From Selaginella moellendorffii (Eukaryota > Plantae > Lycopodiophyta): a stretch of DNA of 64,000 nt. The notes beneath the pieces were generated by a model. The model saw nothing but the letters and a program-made list of their open reading frames with translations, was not told where the DNA came from and searched no databases. The position numbers and the translations under genes were made by a program. This document shows, piece after piece, positions 12,112-26,054 of this stretch (position 1 is the first letter of the stretch; every line of letters begins with the position of its first letter). Location of the stretch: positions 429,402 to 493,401 of the forward strand of contig NW_003314294.1 of NCBI RefSeq assembly GCF_000143415.4. Reading direction: 5' to 3'.

Positions 12112-12460
12112 ATGTGGGGGCATGCAAGAATCTCAATGTGAAATAATTTATGTATCCATTTGGAGGCTTGTGATCTTCTAGTTAGAGTTATTCTCTCTTC
12201 AGCGATCTCCATGACTATTTCAAGCGTGAACCCAACCACACATACCTCGTCGAGAAGCCAAAGAGAGACCAAAAAGTACGAAAGCACTCTTTAACAAAGT
12301 GCAAAAATTCCTTAACCAATTATAATTAGAAATGCACACTAGAAGGAATCACAACTTTGGACATGCAAAGAAGAAAAATCTATATTTCAAACGTTCTGTT
12401 TTTTCACAGGCAAAGTTATCCAAATCACAAAGTCTTTGATCAACTTAAGCATGCCCATAT
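12112..12460. repeat. Diverged duplicate of 13700-14165
   Basis: Shared blocks GTGGGGGCATGCAA, TCGAGAAGCCAAAGAGAGACCAAAA and CAAATCACAAAGTCTTTGATCAACTTAAGCA. Confidence 0.85.
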
Positions 12461-12624
12461 CATATATGTGCAAAGGGGAAAAAATGAATGTTAGTGTCGT
12501 TCTAGGGTTTGTAGATCCAGCAAGTGAGGAGGGGTCAATGCAAGTCATCTATTACCAAATCGATTGAATGCACCCAAGACAACCTTCAGAATCTTCTGGC
12601 GGTGCATTGAAGGGCATTCGCCTC

Positions 12625-13514
12625 GGCCTACCCGCAACCATCCGGAAGTTTCAGCTTTTGACAATTAAACCGAGAATCACCCGTATCCTTTGACAGCATG
12701 CCCTGTAGAAAAGAAAGAAGGAATTTCAGAAAATGAAATGTTGAAACCTCGACGAGAGAGTCTAGACCTGGAAGAGCACATTAACTCGGAGCTTTGCACC
12801 AGAGTTCTCCTTGCCGCCAACTTCCGCCAGAGGCACGTAAATATGGCGCAGTCGATCAACTCGTGAGCATCCTCCAGGTCCTTGACAACCACCTGTGAAA
12901 GAAAAATACATGGAGAAATCAGCCAAGTTCCTATAAAGGCTTTGTCTTGGTTCCCATAAAGCTATGAAAACAATGCTTGTGTGTGTTGTGTCAGCGAGGA
13001 AGAGCACGACGATTTCCAAACAAGCACAAAAGAACAAGAACAAAGTACTGCAGGACAAAAATCTTCCACGCATAAACCATCAAAACCATTGATGAGAGAT
13101 TCCATGCTCCAAGAAAACCAAGTTTTCAATGTGATGAAATCACAGAGAAAGGAGTAAAAAAGAAACGAATGGAAAGAAAGAAAGAAATTTTGTTACCTGA
13201 GCACAGGTCTTGCTTGAAGCATGCGAGCTCCTGAGTAAAATCCGCGACTCCAGTCGTGTGATGAACAACTCGATTGCTCCCATACTCATTCGAATTGGGG
13301 CCTCCAACGATGCAAATCACCGGCAAATTCTCGCTGTAGGAGCCCGCGATGGCGTTGATGACGATAAGCCGCGCAAGCTCCCACGCAGCTCGTTGCAGCA
13401 GCCCACGACGCAGCTCGGCGATGAGCTCGTCGAGCAGCAGCAGATTAAAATCCAGAGATCGGTCACGCCGATCTCCGCCAGGCGCTGCGCCAAATGCCGC
13501 CCAGCAGTCTCCAT
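12625..13514 (-). pseudogene. PDC: Pyruvate decarboxylase pseudogene (collapsed)
   Basis: GRHLAQRLAEIGVTD, GCCNEL, LPVICIVGGPNSNEYGSNRVVHHTTG, VVKDLEDAHELIDCAI, LRVNVLFQ and TGDSRFNCQKLKLPDGCG, with frameshifts and large deletions. 12920-13560 is paralogous to 4030-4560. Confidence 0.9.
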
Positions 13515-13598
13515 TCCCTCGCTGGCAAGAACCCTTAAGTCTCTAAGAACTTGACAAGTGTCTCAGACACGTGGACGATTCATTAACTATAGCGTTAA

Positions 13599-13679
13599 GT
13601 TGAGATGGCCGAGCTGGTCTAAGGCGCCAGATTAAGGTTCTGGTCCGCAAGGGCGTGGGTTCGAATCCCACTCTCAACA
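13599..13679 (+). tRNA. tRNA-Leu(AAG)
   Basis: Acceptor stem GTTGAGA/TCTCAAC, anticodon arm CCAGA-TTAAGGT-TCTGG, long variable arm, GTTCGAATCC T-loop. Confidence 0.97.
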
Positions 13680-14542
13680 AAAAAGATATCACTTTTGGAC
13701 GTGGGGGGCATGCAATGCAAGAATCTCAGTGTAGAAACGTCGATCCACTTCTCCTAGTCAATCTTGGAAGCTTGTGGACTTTGCGATGTTTTTGGTTGGA
13801 GTACTTCTTTCTTCCGTGATCTTCGGGACTGTTTCGAGCGTGAATCCAACCACACACACCTCTTCGAGAAGCCAAAGAGAGACCAAAATTCTTCCAAGTA
13901 CCAAAGCTCGCGCTTGGTACTTGGAAATCACGAGCGCGCGGAAATTCCTTGACTGGCTATAACTAGAAATGCGATCCACACTGGAAAGAATCACGACTTT
14001 GGGCATGCAATGGAAGAAAATCTATAATTCAAACATACAAACTTAACATCGTGAGGAATATAACATCATGACTTCCATGTCATGTTTCTATACTTTTTCG
14101 GTGTTTTTTCCGCAAACAAAGTCATGTCCAAATCACAAAGTCTTTGATCAACTTAAGCACGCACATATAAATACATTAATATTTTAATCATATATATATA
14201 ATATAATACAAGGACGCCAGGCCGCAACAAAGAAGCTATGTAGTTTCAAGTGTACACTGGCACCGAAATGGCTCAACTTTTCTTCTCCTTTGAGGCAATT
14301 CGCGTTGATCCATCCCGGTCGCAGCACTCGGCTTGTCCAAATTCTTATGTATAGCGCTGAGCTTATTGTCGCAAGTAGATACATAAAATACCTCCCTTCC
14401 TCGCTGGTGTTGTGAGTAATCTTCTCTTCTCTAGTCTGGTTAGCAGCGGTACGAACAAAACAATTGCAAGAAATAATCTTCAAGGACCTGGCAAAAAATC
14501 AAAGGAGTTTAAACTTTAGAGAGGCTGAGACTATAAACTCTT

Positions 14543-16718
14543 TCACTGACCATTCTCCACAAAGCCCATCATGTGAACGATGTTCTGTAGCTCCCCATCC
14601 CAAACACTTGATGTCTACAAGCCAAAAAAGTGAGGAAAAGTTTAGAACTTTCAAAGCTTCTACTACGCTTTTGCTTTTATTCTTTGGTACCTGTGAGGCG
14701 GGATCACTGTATGGATCGAGGCACGGGAAAGCTCCTCTTCGCATAGCAGCTTCTTGTAAACCGGTCAGTGTTCTCAAGTCGAAACCGGCAAGTTGCAAGG
14801 CACTGTGTTGTGCTTGATGCAGCTGCTGCGAATAGCTTTGGGGCCCCAGGACAAAATTTGTTGGAGAGGCCCGTCCATGCGGCACCTAAGCCGAGGAGAA
14901 CAAATCTAGACTTAGCCTCAAGAAGAACTAAAACAAGGACACAGAAAAAAAAAGGATTTTTAGCAGCGTACGGACCTCTTTTCCTAGTAGACTTTCGACG
15001 TTGAACTCCAGGCGGGGGTTCACGGCTGCCAGCTTCATTGACAGGAACTGGTTTAAAGAAAACTCGCGTAAATACATTGAGAATCAACACTTCGACGAGC
15101 TGTACCTCAACTTGACGCTGGAGCGACTGGACGTAGTTAATGATTTCATCAAGCATCACGGCTTTTCCAGTAACCTACAGCAGGGAGAGAGAATTCTCAT
15201 CAGCCATCATCGAAGCCCCTGGCAAATGCATTGAAACTTACTTTGTTACATCCGGGTACTAGATCCTGCAAGAACTTCATACGCTCGCTGATTTTCTCCC
15301 TTCGAACCTGGTACAGAAGGAATGGGAATTTTAAGTGCGATTGAAATAGAGAAATGCACGAACTCTCGCAATTAAAGTTCACAGGTAGCTTACCCTTTCA
15401 GCGAGGCTATGACTATCGGTTGCTTGTCCCCTTCGAGCTCTCACATGAATGTAGTCCTTGGGAGGCTCGGGTGGTTTTGTGTTCTCCTTGACTGACTTGG
15501 GGCTTGTGCTTCCAGAGTTGTCACTGCTGCTTCGATCGGCTTTACCATTACCATGCTGTTTTGACTCTTCCTTCGCGTTTGGATTCCTCTGTCGCTTCCC
15601 TTTAACTTGCTCTCCATCCTGTCGAGACACAAGAACGACGCTTAGTTGAGAGAAAAAGAAAAGGAAAGAAAAGCCGCGAATTCTTGTTAAGAGAATCACG
15701 GACCTTGACACCGCTGCTGGTCACACACGAAGAACCGTCTTTGAGCTTGTCCTCGGACAATGTCCTCCGCTTCCTTCCGGTGGATTCCTTGACAATCGAC
15801 GCCTGGCCTGCGGGAAAAAGGAAAAGAAAAAACCAGATTTTTGAGACACGGAACGAACTCGGCCAATTGCAATCGCTTACTTGTTTCTTGCGCGCTCTTG
15901 GCCCCACTCGTGTCATCCACAGATGCCTCAACTTTCGTCTCAACAACTGGCAACTTACTTGCATCAGCCTGGCAAAGTGGGATCGCAACACCAGATCTGA
16001 TGTGATCTTTGTTCTCGTCAACCAACGCAAAGACGGCTTGACTTAAGTGAGAAGCAGTAGCAGCAGCGGCGGCGTTACCGTTCCCAAACGAAATGAAACC
16101 ATGAGTCCCGTGATGCTGACTTGCCGCCTCCACTGGAGAATTCCATCCACTTTTCGCCTCGGACGCCAGGAGATGAGGACTCGATCTCATTGAAGAGTTT
16201 GTGCTCGCACTGGTGGAGAGACACCCCCCTATCCGTCCAATTAGCTCCACCATGGTTCCATCGGACAATGCCGCTCCTTGAGCTGTAGTAGCAGTCGTAG
16301 TAGTGCTCGAGGGAGTTAAACCAGAGCCTCCACTCCCAAGGGACGACGCAAAATCTCCCATTTGCTGCCAGTCGACGAGAATTTCATGCTGTTCTCCTCC
16401 GGTGAGATGATGCGAGGAGTGTATACTCAACACCTGTGCTGCTGCATTGCCGCTGGACGTGAAGAAGTGTGTGTCGGCATTCTGCTGCTGCGGCTCCCAA
16501 GAAGAGGAAGACTGTCCGACCAGCTGAAAGCTCGACGAGGCGTAGCTTGGAAGTGATCTCTCCAAAGTAAACTTGTCGTGGAAATCAAGGGACATAGGCG
16601 TGGAGAAGCCGTGCTGCTGAGCGGTGGTGACGACTCGAGGCAGCGCTTGAGGATGCGAGACGTCCATGCCCTCATGGAATAGGGACTCGGCAGACGATAC
16701 GTGTGGTACAGCAGCCAT
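14543..16718 (-). CDS. bHLH transcription factor, subfamily XII (CIB/BPE/bHLH49-like), multi-exon
   Basis: [72 protein letters not shown], with C-terminal [14 protein letters not shown]. Exact start and internal exon edges are approximate. Confidence 0.92.
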
Positions 16719-19700
16719 GTATCACGCACGCGTTGTAATCGATAGAATTCTCGGAATGTAGGCCTTCAGTAGCTAGCTTAGGAGATAACGATGACATCCA
16801 GTGATTGGAAGGCCGGAAGAACGAGCACGAGCCATGGTGTGATATCTCCTGCTCGATTCTGTCACAGAAACAAGCACAATTCAGCATCAAAATCGTTCTT
16901 TTTGTCGCGGCAAGCAATGCAAGATGACTCTTACGCACACACATCGCAATAGCCCAAAACAACCACTTACTTCAGTCCTCAAAAACCATTCTACCATCAT
17001 TCCAAGAGACAACAATAACGCTCAACTGGATAACTTGGAGCAATTGTGTAATCTAACACAGAGGGGCAGCGAAGCGAGAGGTATAGAGCGAAAGCAGGGT
17101 CGTTTGATTGAAATTTTGACACGGGCAGCAGGAGAAAGCTGCAAAGGATAAAGAGAGGCTTGAAGAAATGTCGCAAAAGAGCACCCGAGCCTGGTCGAGC
17201 AGTTGCGAGTGAGAAAAGAAGGAGAGTCTAGAGCCGCTCATAAATCAAGAGTCTAGCCAGCCAGTACAAAGAGAAACAGTGAGTTGGAATCACCTGGCAA
17301 GAAAACAAGAAGCCCAACAATGGAAGCATAGCAGCACAAAGGGCCCACTCCCTCCTAAACACACCAGCATACTTAGCAAAGGGCAAGAGGAGGAGAGGAA
17401 AAACCTGATGGAGCGAACAATGCACCTGTGCTGCTCCTGGGCAGCAGCAGCAGAGAGAGCAAAAGGAAGGCTGTTTTTGCGTATCTGGCAGTTCCCCAAG
17501 TACACGAAAAGAAGCACAGGCACAGCCCTGAACAAAAGCAATGGAGGAAAAAGAGAGCACCAGTGCAGTGATGTGCAGATGCAATACTATACTATACACT
17601 AAGCTTAAGTTATAAAAAAGAGAAAAAAAAAACAGGATCAAAAAAGAAAGAAAAAAACTCAAAGGTGGACTGGAACAGCGTAACACAAGCTATAGACGCA
17701 CGAGCAAGAGTACAGCAGCAGCAGCCGCGGCAGCAGCGGCTCGAAACACCAACACGTTTCCCTGGGATGAAAATGAGTGCAGAACAACTCGCAAGGATCT
17801 TATAACAACTAGATCAGACCGACTGAATCGACAGACATACGCGTTGAGTTAGCAAAAGCTATGCCGGGAGGAATGCAATGGCACAGAGAAGAAGAAAAGA
17901 AAACAAAGGATAAAGAGAAAGATCAATGCCTGGGGGGACGAACGAACCAAACGAACAGGAAGCAAGGAAGCAACGAGGCGGCAACTCTAGCTTCCAATTG
18001 CGTGACTGAAACCCGCAAAGCATTAAGAAGGGGACCTCCTCCTTATACTTTTTATCTCTCTTGCGTATTCTAATGCCGCGGAGGAGCCGGAAATGACCAG
18101 AAGCTGCGTACACCTATAATGCCCGTGGTGAAGACGAAAGAACGAGGAGAGGGGGAAAAAAAAAAAACACTCCCTTTCACAGCCAGGAAGAGGAAAAAAA
18201 AAACCTTTAAAAACACACACTGGCTATGGCAGACAGAGTTGCACAGCTCGATGAGTCACTGAAAGGACCACAAAGAATTCAATCCAGGGGTGGTCAGCAG
18301 CGAGCGATCGCTTGCTTGCAGAGTAGTGTTCTCTTCTCTCTCTCTCTCTCCATTTTTTTTTTCCCTCTCTTTTTCTTTGGCAGGGATAGAGGCGCTGCGC
18401 TTGTCTCTTACAGTACCCAAGGACACGCGAGTTAGAACTTAAAGCACACTGTTGCCGGCTGGCCAAGGGGGAAAGCGAGTGTTTGCAAAAACCGATAATG
18501 CCGGAGGAAGTGATCCCAAGGAGATGGAAACAAACAAGAAAAGGAAAATTCGCAGAGAATCTCAGAAAAACTTTGCCAAAGGATCACTCGCTCACAGAAG
18601 ATACGACCACCACCAAAGCGCTCTCTCTCTCTCAAAAAATAAACGAAAACAAAACAAAACAAAAGCAAAAAAATGAGAAAAGAATGCATAAAAAATGCGA
18701 GAGAGAGGGAAGAATTCTCTCCATTTTCATCTCTTCCAACGCTTGAATGAATGGCATGGGCCGGATGAAAAGCTAAAAAGGACCACGCAACAACGCAAGC
18801 CGCCAAACTTCTCCCCCAGATGGGCAAAGAAAAAAAAAAGGGGGGGAAAAATCCCTCCACTAACAGTTCCAGTACTCGCTCGGGAATGAGTTTAAAACGC
18901 TAGCTAGAGTGAAGAGCGCCGATAAATACATACCGGAAAAGAGGGCCAAGCATTGGCACCGCTGGCCCGCCCACGGATTCCACCGTCGTCCTTGCCGCCA
19001 TAGCCCACGAATTTTTAGGGCTCTTGCTTAAACCCTAACCCCCCGTAAATGATTCCCGAATAATCTCCCATGCAACGACTCGTTGGCGGATCTCCGATTC
19101 CTCCGTTCTTCTGTGGAACTTCTTTTTTGTTCAATTGGGTTGGATTGGATGGATTCAAAGCGGGGTGGCGGAGCTAAGATAGGGGTCACGGACAAGTTCT
19201 TGGGGGAGTCGTGATCCCAGTTGGAAGCAACCAATTGTTTGACTTCACGAGACAAGAAAGAGGACTTTCCTGGTTTGCGAGCTTGAGTTGCTTCCCAGGC
19301 AAATATTCCTTCTAAGGCGTTCCCCCCGGGAACTTACAGTTTGACTTGAACAGCTTCCTGGACATTCACGTGAATTTCACCACCTTTGCCATGCGTAATG
19401 CATAATGTACTAATTAATCGCTAAATTATCAACGAATACAAGCATGCAGGAAAGATTAGAGCTAAAAAAGTTAGCTAGCTAGAGCTCTACCTATGTTTCT
19501 ACAGGGATGATCCATCCAGGGGTGTCGTAATCCCACCCAGAAAAACTTAGCTAAAGTTTGCTCCAAGGAATCAACCAGATGCCAATTTTTAATCCGCACG
19601 ATGGATCAACACGAACTAACAACAAGGGAGCAAACACACAGCATGATTCGAGTCAGTCCTTTTGCTTTCGTCCCATCAAAGCGTGATCAGCTAAACAGTA

Positions 19701-20871
19701 GAGTTTGCAAGAACAACCACAAACATTATGGCCCTAGAATAATCACCCCGGCTGCGTTTCCGCAAAGAAAACGCATTCTTTCTTTCACTCCTCTCCAAGC
19801 ACAACGCAGGGACAAATTCAACCGTGACACTTCCATTGACACGACAATCCAAGCAAACAAGTCCGCGTCGCTTTGTTTTGTCCTAAACCAGCTCATTTGG
19901 GTTAAGTAAATGATGTGTTTTGGCCATAATATGATAAACTAATAGGATGATGGAAGCTCGATGAATGTGGACGATCACCAAACACAGAGCTCGAATTCTT
20001 TAGTCCTGGGAAGCTTTGTCCACGGGAATCTGGGTTGCTTAAGCATATGAGCATGGGTTTCATCAAGGATCGTTCGTTGAACTCCAAAGCTCGCTCGTTT
20101 TCTGGTGTTTGTTGTTGGTTGCCAGGGATCTCACTCGTGCCCGCGATCATAAACAATTCATGGGTCAATCATTGAGCATATGGCTGGGACAGTTTAGAGG
20201 TGGAAAGGAAGGGACTCAAGGAGGAGACCTGAGATGATCCACACTATTCTGATCGGAGATCTCCCAAGAAATAGAGAGATCCCCGGACAGCGATGTTGTT
20301 TCAGAGATATCAAAGTTTTCGAGTAGCATCCGGTTGTTGGTCTATCACTCCATCCAAATATCAATCTCCAAAGTTATAGAGCTTTCACACATTCATTCAT
20401 TTCATTCACCTCGCACGAAGAAACAAAACCACTTGCTCAAAACAATGATAGGAAAGAAAGTACCAGCACATGCAAATGCTTGTAGTATTTGACAAACAAA
20501 TCGAAGGGGTCATTTGGATCGTCTCCTTTCATGGTTTGTTTAGACTCTCCCTTGGTATTATTCCAGGAACTTGGCTATGCCTACCAGGCTATCTAGTAAC
20601 TAGCTCTATAAAGATTCCCGCTCTATATTCTTCCAGTTTCTTGAGTAAACTTCCTCTATATCATACATTTGAGAATTGCTATTGTAGAATTGGAGATAAA
20701 CAATGGAGAATGTTGCCAAGTTCTGCAATCACAATCTTATAAAGCTAGAAAGGATCCCTTGATTACTATGACAAGAGGAAAAAAATATCAAGGCTTGCCA
20801 TGTGCTTCTACCATTGGATAGTAGAACTTGACGTAAGATTTGATGGAAAAAAGGCTAGTGCTATCAGCGCT

Positions 20872-20942
20872 GCACTGCTGGTCTAGTGGTAGAATAGTTC
20901 CCTGCCACGGAACAGACCCGGGTTCGATTCCCGGGCAGTGCA
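20872..20942 (+). tRNA. tRNA-Gly(GCC)
   Basis: Acceptor stem GCACTGC/GCAGTGC, anticodon arm GTTCC-CTGCCAC-GGAAC, GTTCGATTCC T-loop, downstream T-run terminator. Confidence 0.97.
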
Positions 20943-21009
20943 TAGATTGCTTTTTTTTAATTTATGTTTTGCCCTAAGCCCTTAGGTCAGTTGGAATCGT
21001 CGATTTGCC

Positions 21010-22257
<1,248 letters not shown>

Positions 22258-23226
22258 CCCCTCCTCCTTTTGTTGGTTGGATCTGGCGAAAGCTTTCAAG
22301 GAATCAATCCCAAAAGCGAGAAGAAACTTGTTGGAAAGGTGTGTTCCAGGACAGAGAACGAAAAAAAGTACTTCCTTGAAGCTTTAAAAAATTGTCTAGT
22401 GGTGGCCACAATCCTTGGATCCAACAATCGCAGCCCACTATGAGCTCGCATCATTGGCAAGAAGGACGAGTGTGAATTCCATCCAGCTGTGGCTTTCCTC
22501 CATTTTTTTATTTATGCCGCTCTATGAAAGGAGCGTCTCTCCAAAGATTTGGACACAATCCATGGCTGGATGTTCGTTTTCTAAGCTTTCCACTTCTATG
22601 TTTGTGATGGTGAAGTTAAAAGGGGTCCAATTTAAATTTAAATTCTAGAAAGCGCGGGAATTAGGGCTTGGGGTTTGTAGGGCGATGGCGATGGTCGTCG
22701 CGCTGCCGGCCGGCATTCCACCAGATGGAGTCCCCTGCGGTAAGTCGCGGAAGAGGAATCTCGAATTCCAGTCCATGGCGCAGGTCGGTCGGTCGCGCGG
22801 ATCAAATTGGCCAGTCTATGGGGATGAACAGGAGTCGCGACTAAGAACTAAGAGGAAACGACAAGTAAGCGCGTTTATTCCCACCCAAAGCAAAGCAAAA
22901 TACGTTTTTTTGTTTCCCTGTTGGTGTAGAAGCGTTGAATCTGCTGTGCCGTTCGAGAGGGTTATGTCATTGCCTCGTCTCCTTCGGAAGAAACGATGCT
23001 TGGAGTGCGAAAAAAAAGCGTTTTTTCTTCTTTCGTTCCACCAGTTTCAAAGAAGGGAAGGCAAAGAATTCCAGGTGAGCTTTTGACAAACATCTACAGG
23101 GATTAGTAAGCAAGATTTCATCCATCCGGGTGGAAGAAGAAAAGGAGGAGACGCGGAGGACGAGAAGGGAAACTGGATAATTGGTGGCAGTGGAACAAGT
23201 AACTCTGGTATCAGATTTTTCCGAGG

Positions 23227-25187
23227 ATGAGTTTACAGGATAGCAACGGCAGGCACAGGCTCCAGGATGACTACATAATTGGTCCAGTTTTGGGGTATGG
23301 AGGATTCTCGGTGGTGAGGAAGGGAGTTCACAAGGAAAATGGTACTGAAGTTGCCATAAAGACTTTGAGGAAGCAAGGCTTTGGCTATGGTGACAAGAAG
23401 AATGGTGGAAGGCCTTTGGCAGGGGCTACTAAGCGAGGCAGGGGTTCTAGAGGCAGGAAGAGCACGGCAGGGCCAACGCAGGACAGCTTAATTTCCGAGG
23501 CACTGGTCGCGAATGAGATCATAGTAATGCAAAGGATAGTGGAGAATGTGTCACCGCATCCAAACATCGTCCACTTACACGACGTTTACGAGGACGAAGC
23601 AGGCGTGCATTTGGTGCTGGAGCTTTGCTCCGGAGGGGAGCTGTTTGACAGGATAGTTGCTCAAGAGAAGTACTCGGAAGCTCAGGCGGCTAAAGTTGTC
23701 AAGGAGCTCGCAACTGGATTGTGTAGCCTTCATGATGCTGGGATAGTCCACAGGGACCTCAAGCCGGAGAATTGCCTCTTCCTGACCCCGGAAGAGGATA
23801 ACCATCTTAAGATCATGGACTTTGGTTTGAGCCAGATTGATGGAGCAACGAGTCCGATCGTTGGAATGTTTGGATCAGTTGACTACGTTGCTCCAGAGAC
23901 TTTATCGCATCGAGACGTGCTTCCTGCGAGTGATATGTGGTCCTTGGGGGTGATTCTCTACATCCTTCTGTGCGGGTAACCATGCAAACTTTCATTTTTC
24001 TTCAACCTTGTTTAATCGTGTTATCTTCTTTCTTTGGGTTAACCAGGTATCCACCATTTCATGGAACAAGTAACAAAGAGAAGCTGGACCTCATTCTTGC
24101 GGTAGGCATTGACTGCCTTTGCTAATAAATCTAAGCTTTCTTCCTTCCAGGGTGATGTGAATTTTGAAGAGTACACTTGGAAAACTATTTCCAGCCATGC
24201 CAAGCAGCTCATACGTGACTTACTGGCTGTCGATCCGCATCGAAGGCCGTCAGCCAAGGCGGTAATGCTTTATATCCTGCCTTTGTCTCTCGTTTGAGCC
24301 TCTTCCTGCTGAGAATCGAAAAGTGTTTGTGCAGCTGGTTTCAGATCCATGGGTGCGAGGAGACATTGCAAAGCAAGACCGTCTACCCGAAGAAGTCATA
24401 CGCCAGCTACACTTCTTCAATGCTCGTCGAAAGTTTCGAGCAGCAGCTTTTGCTAGCATCGTCAGCAACAAGTTCTTACACCTTACCAAGAACTTGAAGA
24501 GCCTGGTCGGTTCACGGTCTCTCAGCGGCGACGAGCTCCAGGATCTCGTCAGCCACTTCAAAAAGCTGTAAGATAGACTCATCCTGGAGCGCTGGTAATT
24601 ACTCTACTGATATGACTGCTTGACAGCTCCACAAACGGCGTGGACGTCGCACTGGGTGAATTCGAAGCGGTTCTGGAGGCAATGAAGATGAGGTCCTTGC
24701 TTCCTCTGGCACCTCGCATTTTCGACCTGTTCGATCACAACAGGGACGGCGCGGTCGACATGCGTGAGATCGTCTGCGGCTTCACGTCACTCAAGCAGTC
24801 TCACGGGGACGAAGCTCTCAAACTCTGCTTTCAAGTAAGATTTCTTTCGTTCTTCCTTTTTTTCTTTCCGAGCGACACTAGAAATTCTCTCAAACTCTTT
24901 AGATGTATGACTCGGACGGCTCTGGCTACATTTCCAAAGACGAACTGGCATCGATGTTGAGAGTAAGCACAACTTAGAGCTCTTTAAACCTTTCTCGCTT
25001 CTATCTTTTCCAGGCTCTTCCGGAAGAATGCTTGCCGGGAGACATCACCGAGCCAGGGAAGCTGGACGAGATGTTTGATCGAATGGATGCTAACAGCGAT
25101 GGTCGGGTAAGCTTTGACGAGTTCAAGGACGCAATCCAGATGAACAGCTTCCTAAGGGAGGCCGTGCTCTTTCCTTTGCGTGCGTAG
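23227..25187 (+). CDS. CCaMK: Calcium- and calmodulin-dependent protein kinase (CCaMK/DMI3), multi-exon
   Basis: Kinase domain (HRDLKPEN, IMDFGLS), RIVENVSPHPN, CaM-binding FNARRKFRAAA, and three visinin-like EF hands (LAPRIFDLFDHNRDGAVDMREI, MYDSDGSGYISKDEL, DITEPGKLDEMFDRMDANSDGRVSFDEF). Confidence 0.96.
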
Positions 25188-26054
25188 AAGAAATCATATC
25201 TCTTTGCGAGAGATTTTTATATCCTGCAGCTTTTTGTGAAGATCCCACTCAATATAAAATACCGAGTGAAAAGCTCTCCTTTAAAATCTTCTCCAGAGAA
25301 ATCAAAATCCGGGACGGTAAAGAAGCAAAGATAAAAGCTTAGAAAACTCGTCCCAGGATGATATCTTTCTTTGTACTTGGCGTAAAGAAGTTTTGTCCCG
25401 CTTTTGTTTCGTCCTGATCTTCTTCGTACTGAGCACTGCAAATGCCTGGCGTGGGCATTTGCTGCTCAGCTGCTTTAAAACGTCCTAAAACCTCCATTTT
25501 TTTCCTTATTTTTTTTTTTTCTTGTGGATCCATTGTCACACTCGCCTGAGTTGACGTTGCAAAGATTGCAAACATCAGCACTTCCACATGGAGCTAGAAA
25601 ATGTGATGCTTTGATACCAAATTCGCGATGTTTGTATCACACCTCTCTCTTTTTCTCAGTAGCGTAAAGGCTGGGCACGTCTGTTGGGGTCAGCCAAGTT
25701 GTATTCTCATACGTACGCATACTGTAGAGCGACAATCGAGTGGGATTGGATCGGCACAACTTGGCGATGCGGGAGGAATTTCAGTGTCATGTGTCAATCC
25801 TAGAAAAAAGCCAGCTAAGTTGTCCGCCAACTTTTATAAGCAGGGGCTCCAGCGCAAAAAAGGTGGCAAAACAAGGTTGTATATGTTGCAGCAGCCTGCC
25901 TAGCTAGATCCTCTCATGTGATGCTCGACAACGAAATCTCGGTCAAGAACAGCAGACTTTCCGAAGAAAAAACTCTCTGGGAAATTTCGGGCGGTGGTGG
26001 AGCGCCGAAAGTGACGCATTTCACGTTCAACCCCAGACAAGTTGCGTCGAAACC

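Noticed and set aside
12085-12112. Possible Helitron 3' end (palindrome + CTAG) at the right edge of the AT-rich block
   Set aside because: CTAGATG aligns to TTGGACG in the paralogous copy by transitions, and there is no A|T target or TC 5' end
17000-20800. Numerous short ORFs upstream of the bHLH gene
   Set aside because: Low-complexity A/G-rich leader, intron and promoter sequence with no domain signal
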